Assembly: GCF_006345805.1 (NCBI RefSeq)
Contig: NC_043005.1
Location: 78,182,001-78,246,000 of the forward strand
Direction of reading: 5' to 3'
Length of the DNA stretch: 64,000 nucleotides
From: Octopus sinensis
Lineage: Eukaryota
Of the stretch, positions 63,423 to 64,000 are shown in pieces. Position numbers and translations under genes: made by a program. Within the stretch, counting starts at the first letter, position 1. Each line of letters starts with the position of its first letter. The notes under the pieces were generated by a model. The model made no database searches. It saw only the letters and a list, made by a program, of their open reading frames with translations, and was not told the DNA's origin.

Positions 63423-64000
63423 CCCTTGTATGACTGAGTCCTTTTTATCGACTCAGTAAATAAGACTACTATTTAACCATTCCATAGTCGCTTATGCTGC
63501 TGAAAATAACGAGACGTGGCGGAGTCCATGCCTCTTCAGGTGAGACTACCCACAGTTTAGCTCTGCAAGAAGAAAAAAATCAGACAAAAAAAATAAATAT
63601 CAGGAGGTAGAAAGAAACAGAATCGATCCCAGTCTAGAACCCTTACTTTATGTATATGCTTCGAAAAAAAAATTTTTTTAATGTTGATTTAGCACGGATT
63701 TGAACTCAGAAGAAAGAGCGCCAGAACGTTTACCGTTAAGCACCTAATTGCGCCAATTAGGCCCCTTCATCGGAGCGTATCCTGTATAAATGGCCAGAGT
63801 ACCCCGTCTTTCTTTGAAGACAAAAGAGTCGTCTGAATTGAATTGCATTACAAGCGTTTCAAGAGTACCATGCAGTGATAATTGGAAAGAAGATAAAATC
63901 GTTTCGTGGAAATTGATAGCAATTTCTAACAAAATGTGAAGCAATTATTTCTGACAGAAATATGTGAAAAAAAAAAATAAATAAATGATCCATACTTGTT

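Overview
AT-rich, microsatellite-saturated eukaryotic DNA with no recognisable intact host gene. The SINE families and (TA)/(TATC)/(TATG)/(CA) repeat load suggest a cephalopod, probably Octopus (inference). Most ORF-track entries are microsatellite artefacts. Supported content: two full-length decayed mariners of different subfamilies, a 5'-truncated Tc1, a pogo-like shell, hAT-type, foldback and Helentron-type non-autonomous elements, LINE remnants (RTE, Penelope, CR1/L2-like, Tx1-like) and dozens of tRNA-derived SINE copies in four families. Best lead: a ~190-bp retroposon in two copies (2168-2356, 21236-21423, minus strand) that start at the same G. Its 5' ~90 nt fold by eye into an ingi/L1Tc-type HDV-like ribozyme whose P1 helix is split by two covarying hairpins. 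Also seen: minimal hammerhead motifs in Penelope-like ends, a Tx1-like LINE 3' end sharing a 43-nt tail with the commonest SINE, and a templated duplication inside a DNA transposon. All folds, alignments and family names were done by eye or from memory and need computational confirmation. Coordinates of degenerate copies are approximate.
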